Source of the DNA: Candidatus Falkowbacteria bacterium
Lineage (GTDB): Bacteria > Patescibacteriota > Patescibacteriia > Patescibacteriales > UBA12465
DNA: 64,000 bases
Reading direction: 5' to 3'
NCBI GenBank assembly: GCA_037132255.1
Contig: JBAXPN010000001.1
Span: 81,020 to 145,019 of the forward strand
The notes under the pieces were generated by a model, which was given only the letters and a program-made list of their open reading frames with translations, searched no databases and was not told where the DNA came from. The position numbers were made by a program, and so were the translations under genes. This document shows positions 18,312 to 27,875 of the stretch, in pieces (positions within the stretch are counted from its first letter, which is position 1; each line of letters opens with the position of its first letter).

Positions 18312-18662
18312 ATGCGTCACAGAAATAAAAACAAAATTTTAGATCGGAAGAAAGGACCTCGTGAATTAATGTTGCGTAATTTAGCTTCAAGTATTTTATT
18401 ATACGAGAAAGTTAAGACTACCAAGGCTAAGGCTCAAGCGGTCAGACCATTAGTTGAAAAACTAATTACTTCCTCAAAAGCGGGTGATTTAAATGCTCGT
18501 CGCGGTTTAATTAAAGTTCTTCTTCAGAAGAATGCAGTTAAGAAAGCGATTGAAGTTTTAGGAGTTCGCTATAAGACTCGCCCGGGTGGTTATACTCGGA
18601 CTACTAAGTTAGGTGTTCGCCAAGGCGATGGTGCCGAAATGGTGCAAATTGAATTAGTATAA
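18312..18662 (+). CDS. rplQ: ribosomal protein L17
   Basis: MRHRNKNKILDRKKGPRELMLRNLASSIL...; follows rpoA. Confidence 0.95.
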   Translation: MRHRNKNKILDRKKGPRELMLRNLASSILLYEKVKTTKAKAQAVRPLVEKLITSSKAGDLNARRGLIKVLLQKNAVKKAIEVLGVRYKTRPGGYTRTTKLGVRQGDGAEMVQIELV

Positions 18663-18666
18663 TTAT

Positions 18667-19023
18667 ATGAAAAATATTGAGAGAAAATTACATCAACTTG
18701 ACGCTACCGATTTAGCTCCCGGTCGCTTGGCAACTAAAATTGCTTTGATTTTACGTGGCAAAAATAAACCTGAATATGAAGCTCATTTAGATTTGGGCGA
18801 TATCGTCGAAGTGAAGAATATTTCAAAAATGAAGTTTACTGGCAAGAAATTAGACCAAAAACAATATCATCATTATTCTGGATATTTAGGTGGTTTAAAG
18901 AGCAAGAAAATGTCAGTTGTTTTTGCGAAGGATCCGGGTGATGTTTTATATCGCGCCGTTCGCGACATGTTACCTCCGACAAAACTTCGCATTAATATGT
19001 TAAAAAGATTAATCATTAAATAA
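18667..19023 (+). CDS. rplM: ribosomal protein L13
   Basis: LDATDLAPGRLATKIALILRGKNKPEY... At 118 aa the C-terminus is slightly short. Confidence 0.93.
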   Translation: MKNIERKLHQLDATDLAPGRLATKIALILRGKNKPEYEAHLDLGDIVEVKNISKMKFTGKKLDQKQYHHYSGYLGGLKSKKMSVVFAKDPGDVLYRAVRDMLPPTKLRINMLKRLIIK

Positions 19024-19024
19024 T

Positions 19025-19525
19025 ATGGCCGAAAAAAAGAAACAAGAAATCCAAGATTCTGAAGCGATTGAAATCAATGAAGATGAAACTTTGGATGAAG
19101 AAAAGGATTGGGCAAAAAATGAAACGGTTGAATTTTCCGGCAAATATTTGAAATCTGTTGGACGCCGTAAGCAAGCAGCTGCTCAAGTTCGTCTTTATGA
19201 AGGCGGCAAGGGTGTTATTATGATTAATGGTAAACGCGCTAGTGAATATTTTCCTGGTGACGGTTTAAATCTAATTGTTCAACCTTTAAAAACTACTGGT
19301 CATTTACGTGACTTTAATTTCTCGGTTATCGTTACTGGCGGAGGAAAAATGGGACAAATCGATGCGGTTCGCTTAGGTATTGCCCGTGCAATTTTCGCCA
19401 TTGATCCAGCCACTAAAGAAGCCTTGAAAGTTAATAATTACTTAACTCGTGACCCAAGACAAGTTGAAAGAAAGAAACCGGGTTTACGCAAGGCGAGAAA
19501 AGCGCCTCAATGGAGCAAACGTTAA
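19025..19525 (+). CDS. rpsI: ribosomal protein S9 with an acidic N-terminal extension
   Basis: GRRKQAAAQVRL ... RKKPGLRKARKAPQWSKR. About 38 extra N-terminal residues. Confidence 0.94.
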   Translation: MAEKKKQEIQDSEAIEINEDETLDEEKDWAKNETVEFSGKYLKSVGRRKQAAAQVRLYEGGKGVIMINGKRASEYFPGDGLNLIVQPLKTTGHLRDFNFSVIVTGGGKMGQIDAVRLGIARAIFAIDPATKEALKVNNYLTRDPRQVERKKPGLRKARKAPQWSKR

Positions 19526-19548
19526 TTTTTGCAACTCTATATACGAAG

Positions 19549-19577
19549 AAACGCCCTATTTACTGGGGCGTTTTTTT
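19549..19577 (+). terminator. intrinsic terminator after rpsI
   Basis: AACGCCC (19550-19556) pairs with GGGCGTT (19566-19572), followed by a T-run to 19577. Confidence 0.7.
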
Positions 19578-19593
19578 GATATAATTTAAATAT

Positions 19594-20694
19594 ATGGAAA
19601 ATCTGATTAAAAAATTAGAAGAACTACGACAGCGCTTTTTGCATACAAAGGCACTTTTAGATATTGAGCGAAAGATTGTTCAAGAAAAGGAGTTGAGACT
19701 TCAGACGGCCGCGCCAGATTTTTGGTCTGACCGCGAAGCGGCCGTTAAAGTTGGCCAAGAAGTTGAAGAACTGGCAACGGAAATAAAAGAATGGCAGGAA
19801 ATGGAAGTTGAAATTAGGGAAGCAGAAGAAATGGCCGCTATGGCGCAGAAAGAAGCGGGTGGAGAACTAACAAGTGAATTAGAAATTAAATATGAAGAAC
19901 TGGAGAAGAAGTTCTCTCATTTAGAGTTTTTATCGCTCTTTTCCGGCGAGTATGATCATGATAACGCCTTACTGTCTTTGCACTCCGGTACGGGCGGCGT
20001 AGACGCTCAGGATTGGACGCAAATGTTGGAACGAATGTATTTACGCTTCGCCGAACGAGAGAATTGGAAAGTCGAGATACTCGATCGTAATTATGGTAAT
20101 GAAGCTGGTCTTAAGAGTGTTGTTTTGCGCGTGGCCGGGCCTTGGGCTTATGGATATTTAAAGAGTGAGAATGGCGTTCACAGACTATTGCGAAATTCTC
20201 CCTTTAACGCTGATGGTTTAAGACAAACTTCATTTGCGCTCGCCGAAGTTATTCCGGAAATTAAAGATGAAGAAGCGATGCCGATAAAAGACGAAGATTT
20301 ACGCATTGACGTCTTCCGTTCGAGCGGTCCTGGTGGGCAGAGTGTTAATACGACTGACTCGGCCGTACGAATCGTCCATTTACCAAGTGGCATAACTATT
20401 TCCTGTCAGACCGAACGCTCCCAACATCAGAATAAGGAAAATGCGATGCGGATTTTAAAAACTAAATTAGCACAGATTGCCCGCGAAGAAAAAGAAGCAC
20501 AAGAAAGAAAACTCAGAGGGGAATTAACAAAGGCCGAATGGGGGAGACAGATTCGTTCCTACTTTCTCTATGGTAATCGCTTAGTGAAAGATCATCGCAC
20601 TAATTATGAGACATCCAACGTTGATGTTGTTTTAGATGGCGATTTAGAGCCCTTCATGGAGGCGTATTTAAGATGGTTGAAGGAAAGCAAGTAA
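19594..20694 (+). CDS. prfB: peptide chain release factor 2 (contiguous ORF, no frameshift)
   Basis: 366 aa with the SPF tripeptide (RNSPFNADG) and GGQ (SGPGGQSVN). Confidence 0.94.
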   Translation: MENLIKKLEELRQRFLHTKALLDIERKIVQEKELRLQTAAPDFWSDREAAVKVGQEVEELATEIKEWQEMEVEIREAEEMAAMAQKEAGGELTSELEIKYEELEKKFSHLEFLSLFSGEYDHDNALLSLHSGTGGVDAQDWTQMLERMYLRFAERENWKVEILDRNYGNEAGLKSVVLRVAGPWAYGYLKSENGVHRLLRNSPFNADGLRQTSFALAEVIPEIKDEEAMPIKDEDLRIDVFRSSGPGGQSVNTTDSAVRIVHLPSGITISCQTERSQHQNKENAMRILKTKLAQIAREEKEAQERKLRGELTKAEWGRQIRSYFLYGNRLVKDHRTNYETSNVDVVLDGDLEPFMEAYLRWLKESK

Positions 20695-20815
20695 GAGAGG
20701 CGAGGAGTTTAATCAAGATGAGCTCAATTAATGTAAGTATTGACAATAATATAAATATATTGTAATGTTTTTGCATAATTTCTGAAATCAGTATTAATCC
20801 ATAAAACCCTTTATT

Positions 20816-21232
20816 ATGCGTCCTTTCAAAAGAATCAGGTCAATCCGTTTTTTCCGAACGATGAGTCGATTATTCGTTGTCAGCTTGCTGATTCTCCTCT
20901 TGTTAAATAAATTTCAGGGGCCGGTAGATTTTTGGCTGTTTATAACGGCGTTTGTTTCAATCCCATTTTTAGGCGTTATGTTCTGGATCGACCGGGTGCG
21001 CCTCGCTGATGGTGATTTCTCGATATATTTTGCCTTGTTTCTTTTTAGTATCGGGTGCTCCGTAGTCTTTGGCTGGGTAGTAACTGCAGAATACCTTACT
21101 CTTTATGGGCAATCCTTAATTGCAGCGATGCAGATTATATTTTCTGCCCTTGTGTACATGCGAACGGAAAAATTTGGTCGTAATATTGGAGGACCGCCAA
21201 TTAGAACCAAGTCGACTCTAAGATTTTATTAG
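20816..21232 (+). CDS. hypothetical membrane protein
   Basis: 138 aa with about 4 TM helices. No motif recognised. Confidence 0.45.
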   Translation: MRPFKRIRSIRFFRTMSRLFVVSLLILLLLNKFQGPVDFWLFITAFVSIPFLGVMFWIDRVRLADGDFSIYFALFLFSIGCSVVFGWVVTAEYLTLYGQSLIAAMQIIFSALVYMRTEKFGRNIGGPPIRTKSTLRFY

Positions 21233-21306
21233 CCTGCTCGCAGACTTTATCTTTTCTTCATCTCATTCGTTCTATAATACCGCTATTAACAATGGCGGTT
21301 TTTTAT

Positions 21307-22677
21307 ATGTCAAAATTCAGAAATTTTTGGCGGAGTCCAGCTAAGATATTTTTAGCGCTTAATCTTTTTTTAATAGTCTATGTCTATTTAATTGGTTTTA
21401 GGCCACATGCTTTTCGCCAAGAAATTACAAAAAATGACCTGGCTTTTTATAACGGGGAGAGTTTAACTTTGATCGCTCGAGTTTGCGAAGAGGCGGATCT
21501 TGACTATAAAAGTCGGCGCCTAAACATTTGCGTCGAGGGAAAAATTTCGGGTCAAGTTTTAGTTACAACAAATCTTTATCCTGAATATAATTATGGCGAT
21601 TATTTAAAAATATCAGGTCTACTTGAAGCGCCTCCTTTGATTGATGGTTTTGATTACGAAACTTATCTCGCTCGCTATGATATTTATTCAGTCATGTATT
21701 ATCCAAAAATAAGTTTAGCAAGTGGGGACTTAAATATCCCACAAGCGATATACCTAGGCTTAGCGAAGATTAAATGGCGATTAAAAGAAATAATTGAGGC
21801 AAATTTACCAGAGCCTGAGGCTGGACTAGCGGACGCCTTAATTCTCGGGTATCGGCGGACATTAATGCGTGAAGATCTGGCTATATTTTCTCGAGTCGGC
21901 TTAAGTCACATGATTGCCATATCTGGGTCTCATATTACGATTTTGAGCGCAATGATAATTAATTTTCTTTTATACCTGGGGATAAGTCGACACCGTGCTT
22001 TACGTTTAGTATTTATATTTCTGTTTCTGTATCCACTCATAACCGGCCTAGCCGCCTCGGCCGTCCGTTCTTCGATAATGGGTGCTCTAGCATTTTTAGC
22101 AATATATTATGAACGCCCGAGTTCCTTAACACGTGCTTTAGTATTTTCTGCTTCTTTTATGCTTCTTCTAAATCCGAAATTACTGCGTAGCGATATTGGT
22201 TTCCAATTATCATTTTTAGCGCTTCTGGGCATAATCTATTTATATCCAATTGGAGAGGGAATCACGAAGCGTTTTTTAAATCAGCGAAAATTTAAGCCAA
22301 GCACGAAAAAAAGATTAAAAGTAATTCTTGATATGATTAATTTAACAATAATTTCTCAACTAGTTATTTTGCCGATTGCCTTAATAAATTTTAAGCAATT
22401 TTCTTTAATCGCTCCACTTGCTAACGTTCTTGTTCTTTGGACTTTTCCGCCGCTACTCGCTGCTTTAATTATTGCCTTATTATTAAGTCTTATAATTCCG
22501 TCTTTAGGTATTTTATGGTTCACTCCGGCCTATTTTTTGCTTAAATATATCTTCTTGCTTTCGAATATTCTTGCCCGACCGAATTGGGCAGCGATATCAG
22601 TGAATAGTTTTAATTGGTATTTGGGAGTAGTGTATTATCTCGTATTATTCCTTATTTATCGTAAATTTAGACATTGA
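21307..22677 (+). CDS. comEC: ComEC/Rec2-family DNA uptake channel protein (no metallo-beta-lactamase domain)
   Basis: LADALILGYRRTLMREDL and GLSHMIAISGSHITIL competence-domain motifs. The ORF opens at ATG 21292, but ATG 21307 has the genome-typical tatATG context. It ends with TGA. Confidence 0.85.
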   Translation: MSKFRNFWRSPAKIFLALNLFLIVYVYLIGFRPHAFRQEITKNDLAFYNGESLTLIARVCEEADLDYKSRRLNICVEGKISGQVLVTTNLYPEYNYGDYLKISGLLEAPPLIDGFDYETYLARYDIYSVMYYPKISLASGDLNIPQAIYLGLAKIKWRLKEIIEANLPEPEAGLADALILGYRRTLMREDLAIFSRVGLSHMIAISGSHITILSAMIINFLLYLGISRHRALRLVFIFLFLYPLITGLAASAVRSSIMGALAFLAIYYERPSSLTRALVFSASFMLLLNPKLLRSDIGFQLSFLALLGIIYLYPIGEGITKRFLNQRKFKPSTKKRLKVILDMINLTIISQLVILPIALINFKQFSLIAPLANVLVLWTFPPLLAALIIALLLSLIIPSLGILWFTPAYFLLKYIFLLSNILARPNWAAISVNSFNWYLGVVYYLVLFLIYRKFRH

Positions 22678-22805
22678 CAAAATTAGTTTCTTATGTTTAA
22701 ATAAGACGATGCTCAAGACAAAACCGAGTATTGTTCTTTTAAAATTATTAACCCGCCATGGTCTTTGCACCACTCAGACTAGGCATAAACAAAAAGGAGG
22801 CAGGC

Positions 22806-23630
22806 ATGAGTGCTAACCAAAATCAAAAAGTATTATCAACCATGACTGGCTATGAACTTATGGCCACGATTGAAGCCCTGGAAAAGCAGGGCTTGAATGT
22901 AAACAGCTTTAAGCTAATCAGACAAGATAAAAAATTAGCGGAAGAAATAGCTAATATAATTTTGTCAAAACAGTTGCAGCCCGGGATTGATGACCAGCAA
23001 TTTGGATCAATAATGGGGAAAGAAAATTATTTTGGTCCGACTGAGTGGCTCCGGTATTTCAATGTCTATTTGGATATGGAGTTACCGATATCGCTGTTTA
23101 GGCTAGCTCAAATAGCAGAAGACGATTGTCCCTTCGAAAAAAACAAGAAAGTAAAGGACACGCATTTTTTATTTCGCTTACCAAGAAAAATTGAGATACC
23201 GACGATGGACCGCTATCTAACCATTCAAACTTGGCGCAAAATCTTATCAGCTAATAGGCAACCGCGCTTTGTCGGCGGCAATACAAAAACCCGCTGGTTT
23301 GACGTAAAGGATTATGCCAAAAATCCGCATCATCGTTTTGATTGGTTCCTTATGTATAAAGAAGTCGTGCATTATGATACTGGTTTTCTAGAAATTCCGC
23401 CGAATAATTATTTGAAGCCAAATGTCTTAGAAGCAGTTTCAATGCATTTTCTCTATTACATAAAAAATAAACTGTATTTAAATCAGCATGAGGCTGGATG
23501 TACTTGTGATGAAAATAATGAAGAAACTCCCCATAATTTTGCTTCTGTCGGTCTCTTTGATAAAATAGGTATATCGATCAGTGGCTCAACTGATGCAAAC
23601 GGAATTTTTCTTTTTCGTAAACTGGAGTAA
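22806..23630 (+). CDS. hypothetical protein (orphan)
   Basis: The ORF is open from 22758. ATG 22806 is preceded by AAAAAGGAGG, one of only two strong SD sequences in the window. No motif recognised. Confidence 0.6.
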   Translation: MSANQNQKVLSTMTGYELMATIEALEKQGLNVNSFKLIRQDKKLAEEIANIILSKQLQPGIDDQQFGSIMGKENYFGPTEWLRYFNVYLDMELPISLFRLAQIAEDDCPFEKNKKVKDTHFLFRLPRKIEIPTMDRYLTIQTWRKILSANRQPRFVGGNTKTRWFDVKDYAKNPHHRFDWFLMYKEVVHYDTGFLEIPPNNYLKPNVLEAVSMHFLYYIKNKLYLNQHEAGCTCDENNEETPHNFASVGLFDKIGISISGSTDANGIFLFRKLE

Positions 23631-23682
23631 AATTTTGATTAAAATAAATTATCTAAAATAATAAACAAAATATAAAATCTGC

Positions 23683-24393
23683 ATGGAAAAGAAAATGTTT
23701 AAGCATCAGGATGGATTAATCTTTGGCTTATCGGAAAAAGCTGACGGGGACATGAAAATCCATAAGAGTGATAAACACTCAATTGCCGATATTAATCGGC
23801 AAAAATTGTATTCCCGCCTCGGTTTAAATGGTGGCAAAGTAGTATCTGTTTTATGTGCTCATGGTAAAAGAATCACCGAAGCTGATGCTCGTAATATGGG
23901 CTGTCTCGTTTGGGATACTGATGGGCTAATTAGTGATGTCCCTGGTATTATTCTTGCCGTATCGGTCGCCGATTGTGCACCGGTCTACTTATTTGACCCG
24001 CGGATGCGCGTTATTGCCCTCGTTCACGCTGGTTGGCGCGGGACAGTTGATAAGATCGCCGAAGGCGTTGTTAAAAAAATGATCCATGACTATGGATCAC
24101 GCAGCGCTGATATCCAGGCATTTATTGGTCCTCATATTCAGGAATGCCACTTTGAAGTGAAAGAGGATGTCGCTGAAAAATTTCATGATGATGATATTGA
24201 ACTTCGCGAGGCGAAAATTTATGTTAGTTTAGCTAGTGCTATTCGCCGTCAATTACTAAAAGTCGGTTTAACTGGAGCGAACATAAAAATAAGTGAGGAA
24301 TGCACTTATTGCGAAGAAAAATATTTTTCTGCGCGTCGCGATAATTTCCCGCGTGTAAAAGCCGGTCTTGCTTATCTCGGTATAGAGTTCTAG
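23683..24393 (+). CDS. pgeF: YfiH/PgeF-family (DUF152) purine nucleoside / peptidoglycan-editing enzyme
   Basis: 236 aa with SVADCAPVYLFD, VHAGWRG and a C-terminal CTYC motif typical of the family. Confidence 0.85.
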   Translation: MEKKMFKHQDGLIFGLSEKADGDMKIHKSDKHSIADINRQKLYSRLGLNGGKVVSVLCAHGKRITEADARNMGCLVWDTDGLISDVPGIILAVSVADCAPVYLFDPRMRVIALVHAGWRGTVDKIAEGVVKKMIHDYGSRSADIQAFIGPHIQECHFEVKEDVAEKFHDDDIELREAKIYVSLASAIRRQLLKVGLTGANIKISEECTYCEEKYFSARRDNFPRVKAGLAYLGIEF

Positions 24394-24421
24394 ATTCATA
24401 AAATAAAAATTAAGTCTTACA

Positions 24422-24449
24422 AGCCGTTCTGAAAAGGAATGGCTTTTTT
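24422..24449 (+). terminator. intrinsic terminator after pgeF
   Basis: AGCCGTTC (24422-24429) pairs with GAATGGCT (24437-24444) with one G:U pair, followed by TTTTTT. Confidence 0.6.
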
Positions 24450-24515
24450 ATTGACGATAGTCGTTATCCGTAGTAATATTTAGGTATAATAATAAGGAAA
24501 AAGCAGCATTATTCT

Positions 24516-25715
24516 ATGAAAATACAAAAGGAAAAAATTAAAGAAATTTTAGATCGCGGTATCGTTGTCCAAGTTTTCCCCGATAAGGAGGAATTTGCGG
24601 AAGCGCTCGCGACACGAAAATTGCGTTTTTATATTGGCGCTGATCCAACTTCGACTGCTCTGCATTTAAGTCATGCGAAAAACTACATGCTGCTTGAAGA
24701 ATTCCGTAAATTAGGGCATGAAGTAATTGTTCTAATTGGTGATTTTACCGCTCGTATCGGTGACCCGACAGAAAGAGAGGCGGCACGCAAACAATTAACT
24801 CGCGACGAGATTTTAGTTAATGTTAAAAGTTGGGTTGAACAAATTAAACCCTTAATGGATTTTAATGATAAAAAAAATCCGCCGCTTATTAAATATAACC
24901 ATGATTGGCTTGCGAAGTTGACGATGGAAGAAGTTATAAATTTAGCTTCTAACGTTACCGCTCAACAATTACTTGAGCGGGATATGTTCCAAAAGCGTTT
25001 AGCGGATAATAAGCCGATATATTTACATGAGTTTATGTATCCTCTCATGCAGGGCTATGATAGCGTCGCGATGGAAGTCGACGTTGAGCTTTGTGGTACT
25101 GATCAAATTTTTAATGCTTTAATGGGACGTACTCTTCTTAAGAAATTAAAAAATAAAGATAAATTCGTCGTGGCTGTTAATTTAATGGAGAATCCGAAGA
25201 CTAAGGAATTAATGTCTAAGAGTCGTGGCACCGGAATTTTCTTAAATTTTTCGGCCGAAGATATGTTTGCGGGTATAATGGCGCAGCCCGATGAAATGAT
25301 TGAAGTTTTTTTCATCAATAATACAAGACTTTCTTTATTAGAAATTAAAGAAATATTAAAAGCTGATAACCCTCGGGACGCAAAGCTACGAGCTGCTTAT
25401 GAAGTAACTAGAATTTTTCACGGTGATGCGGCAGCGCAGAGCGCTCAAGATGATTTTATTAACAAATTTCAGAAGAGGGAAATACCGGATGATATGGAGG
25501 CGATAAAAATTGGGGCAAGCGAAATGTCGCTATATGAAATTGTTAAAAAATTAGTTCCGGAAATGAGCAATAGTGATATTAAAAGATTATTTACGCAGGG
25601 AGGTATCAGAATAGATAGTATAAGTAAAACTGCCGCTGATGAGCTAGTCGCCATTCCGAAAGAAGGTTTAATTATCAAAGTAGGGAAGCGTAATTGGTTT
25701 AAAGTTATAAAATAG
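24516..25715 (+). CDS. tyrS: tyrosine--tRNA ligase
   Basis: 399 aa with a HIGH-like motif (TALHLSH), a KMSKS-like motif (ELMSKSRG) and a C-terminal S4-like domain. Confidence 0.88.
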   Translation: MKIQKEKIKEILDRGIVVQVFPDKEEFAEALATRKLRFYIGADPTSTALHLSHAKNYMLLEEFRKLGHEVIVLIGDFTARIGDPTEREAARKQLTRDEILVNVKSWVEQIKPLMDFNDKKNPPLIKYNHDWLAKLTMEEVINLASNVTAQQLLERDMFQKRLADNKPIYLHEFMYPLMQGYDSVAMEVDVELCGTDQIFNALMGRTLLKKLKNKDKFVVAVNLMENPKTKELMSKSRGTGIFLNFSAEDMFAGIMAQPDEMIEVFFINNTRLSLLEIKEILKADNPRDAKLRAAYEVTRIFHGDAAAQSAQDDFINKFQKREIPDDMEAIKIGASEMSLYEIVKKLVPEMSNSDIKRLFTQGGIRIDSISKTAADELVAIPKEGLIIKVGKRNWFKVIK

Positions 25716-25720
25716 AAAAT

Positions 25721-25756
25721 AAAAAAATACCTCTGAAATTTCGAGGTATTTTTTAT
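25721..25756. terminator. bidirectional intrinsic terminator between convergent tyrS and rpmB
   Basis: AAAAAAATACCTC ... GAGGTATTTTTT: a 7-bp GC-containing stem flanked by an A-run and a T-run. Confidence 0.7.
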
Positions 25757-25774
25757 AATGTGTTTGAAAATTTT

Positions 25775-26059
25775 TTATTTCTTTTTTGTCTTTACTTTCT
25801 TTGGAGCACTCTTGGCACCAGCCTTCTTAACTTTCAAAGCTTTAAGTTCGCCTGCTTTTAAGGCCGGTTTTCTCTTGGCTTTAACGCGTTTTGGCTTTTC
25901 CATAGTGCGAATACAAGAAGTACAGAGACGAGCTTTTAAACCCTCAATCATTTTGCTTTGAAGATTGATATTCTGTCTTTTTAATGTTTTAATTTTAGAA
26001 TGGGAACGGGAAGCGCCTTTGGTTGCGCTGCGGCCACATAAATCGCATTTTTTTGCCAT
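25775..26059 (-). CDS. rpmB: ribosomal protein L28 with a Lys-rich C-terminal extension
   Basis: MAKKCDLCGRSATKGASRSHSKIKTLKRQNINLQ...CTSC, followed by about 40 aa of K/A-rich tail. Confidence 0.88.
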   Translation of the reverse strand: MAKKCDLCGRSATKGASRSHSKIKTLKRQNINLQSKMIEGLKARLCTSCIRTMEKPKRVKAKRKPALKAGELKALKVKKAGAKSAPKKVKTKKK

Positions 26060-26130
26060 AGTATTTCTTCGCTTATTTAAATCTTAGATGATGGGATTAT
26101 TCTAACAGCATTTTTAAAATTAATCAAGTT

Positions 26131-26748
26131 GTGCTAATATATTCGTATATGATTTACGTTTTCCAAATAATTGTTTTAATTTCATCGGCGATTGTGCATG
26201 AATATATGCACGGTTGGATGGCTTACCGGCTAGGTGACTCAACGGCTAAAGATGCCGGCCGATTAACTTTTAATCCGCTTGCGCATCTTGAATGGTTCGG
26301 CTCTTTTTTCTTGCCCTTGGTTATGATTGTAACGGGCATGCCTTTTGTCTTTGGATGGGCAAAACCAGTACCATATAGCCCAAATAATTTAAGTGATAAG
26401 AAATATGGTGACGCTAAGGTTGCGCTCGCCGGTCCGCTGGGGAATCTAATTATTGCCCTGTTTTTTGGCTTATTTTTACGATTTTTCCCAGTTGTTAACT
26501 TAACTTTTATCGGTTTAGTCAGTTTAATAGTCTATATTAATTTGGTATTAATGGTCTTTAATTTAGTTCCGATTCCACCGCTTGATGGCTCAAAAATACT
26601 GGCCGCTTTCTTGCCGGCAAGAATCCGTGAACGTTATTTGAACTCCGAAAGATATGGTTTTATTTTGGTAATTTTATTCGTAATGTTGGCTGGTCAAATC
26701 ATAATTCCGGTGGTTGAATTTCTGTATCGAATAATCGTTGGCGCCTAA
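26131..26748 (+). CDS. site-2 protease family (peptidase M50) membrane metalloprotease
   Basis: HEYMHG (HExxH) in the first TM helix, and NLVPIPPLDGSKI. The track start is GTG 26131; ATG 26149 (tatATG context) is an equally good start. Confidence 0.85.
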   Translation: MLIYSYMIYVFQIIVLISSAIVHEYMHGWMAYRLGDSTAKDAGRLTFNPLAHLEWFGSFFLPLVMIVTGMPFVFGWAKPVPYSPNNLSDKKYGDAKVALAGPLGNLIIALFFGLFLRFFPVVNLTFIGLVSLIVYINLVLMVFNLVPIPPLDGSKILAAFLPARIRERYLNSERYGFILVILFVMLAGQIIIPVVEFLYRIIVGA

Positions 26749-26842
26749 TTGCTTTTTTGCTAAAAATACTGGAACAGTCGGCCTTGACTTATGTTTTATA
26801 TTTTGTTAAATTAATTAAGTTAGAAAAATTATTATAAAACCC

Positions 26843-26867
26843 ATCCTGAAAAGTCAGGATTATTTTT
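26843..26867 (+). terminator. terminator-like hairpin between the M50 protease gene and rpsL
   Basis: ATCCTGA-AAAG-TCAGGAT followed by TATTTTT. It may end the protease transcript or attenuate the str leader. Confidence 0.45.
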
Positions 26868-26917
26868 AATATATAAGAAGCTCATTTCTATATAGAGCTC
26901 AAATTCACTAATAAATT

Positions 26918-27337
26918 ATGCCAACTATTAATCAATTAGTTCGCCAGGGTAGAAAGTCAGTCGCTAAGAGACGTAACGCCCTCGCGCTTCATACTAGTCT
27001 TGATTCTTTGCACCGCAAGAAAAAAGATACGGCTAAGGGTGCTCCTTTTAAACAGGGTGTCTGTTTGAAGGTGACTACAACCACTCCGAAAAAACCTAAC
27101 TCCGCTTTACGTAAAATTGCGCGTGTTCGTTTATCGAATGGTATGGAAGTAACGGCTTATATTCCGGGCATGGGACATAATTTACAAGAGCACTCTATCG
27201 TTCTCGTCAAAGGCGGGAAAACGAAAGATTTACCAGGTGTTCGTTATAAAGTTGTCCGTGGCGTATTTGATGCCTCTGGTGTAGAAGCAAGAAGACAAGG
27301 TCGCAGCTGCTACGGCGCTAAAAAACCGAAAAAATAA
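26918..27337 (+). CDS. rpsL: ribosomal protein S12
   Basis: [12 protein letters not shown] ... [18 protein letters not shown]. Confidence 0.97.
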   Translation: MPTINQLVRQGRKSVAKRRNALALHTSLDSLHRKKKDTAKGAPFKQGVCLKVTTTTPKKPNSALRKIARVRLSNGMEVTAYIPGMGHNLQEHSIVLVKGGKTKDLPGVRYKVVRGVFDASGVEARRQGRSCYGAKKPKK

Positions 27338-27350
27338 TTAAAAAATATAT

Positions 27351-27827
27351 ATGAGAGGTAAACCAGCTCCTAAAAGAACAATCGAAGGCGATTCAAAATA
27401 CAACGATAAGAACATCGCTAAATTTATTAATTACGTCATGGAAAGAGGTAAGAAGTCTGCAGCCGAGAAAATCGTCTACGGATCTTTTGAGATCTTAAAG
27501 GAAAAGACTAAGCAAGACCCAAGACACATTTTCAATAAAGCGATCAAGAAAGTTTCTCCGCTTGTTGAAGTACGCGGTAAGCGTGTTGGTGGTGCGAACT
27601 ATCAAGTTCCTTTCCAGGTTCGTGGCGAAAGACGCTATTTCTTGGGTTGTAATTGGATTATCGGCGCTGCTAATGACCGTAAAGGTCGTTCAACTGCTGA
27701 AAAGCTTGCAACTGAAATTTTAGACGCTTCTAACGGCGAAGGTACAGCTGTTAAGAAAAGAGAAGCAGTCCATAAGATGGCTGAAGCTAATAAGGCTTTT
27801 GCTCATTTCTCAAGATCAAGAAATTAA
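27351..27827 (+). CDS. rpsG: ribosomal protein S7
   Basis: 158 aa with VEVRGKRVGGANYQVP; str operon order. Confidence 0.96.
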   Translation: MRGKPAPKRTIEGDSKYNDKNIAKFINYVMERGKKSAAEKIVYGSFEILKEKTKQDPRHIFNKAIKKVSPLVEVRGKRVGGANYQVPFQVRGERRYFLGCNWIIGAANDRKGRSTAEKLATEILDASNGEGTAVKKREAVHKMAEANKAFAHFSRSRN

Positions 27828-27875
27828 TTTTTTAATAAATAAATTTCCGCTTTGGCGGAAACTATATATATATTT

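Noticed and set aside
19594-20694. Looked for the programmed +1 frameshift (CTT TGA C) typical of prfB.
   Set aside because: The RF2 ORF is contiguous from ATG 19594 through the SPF and GGQ motifs. There is no in-frame TGA near codon 25, so no frameshift is needed.
21307-22677. Considered an alternative genetic code (UGA recoded, as in Gracilibacteria and Absconditabacteria).
   Set aside because: comEC terminates at TGA at a sensible length. RF2, which reads UGA, is encoded. No conserved protein here requires read-through of TGA.
24394-24515. Possible T-box riboswitch upstream of tyrS.
   Set aside because: Only 122 nt are available. Most of that is taken by the pgeF terminator and a promoter-like TTGACG-17-TAATAT. 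I could find no T-box consensus (AGGGUGGNACCGCG-like) and no specifier hairpin.
26784-26812. TTGACT-17-TAAATT promoter-like element upstream of rpsL.
   Set aside because: The -10 is weak (4/6). A terminator-like hairpin (26843-26867) lies between it and rpsL, so the assignment is ambiguous without transcript data.
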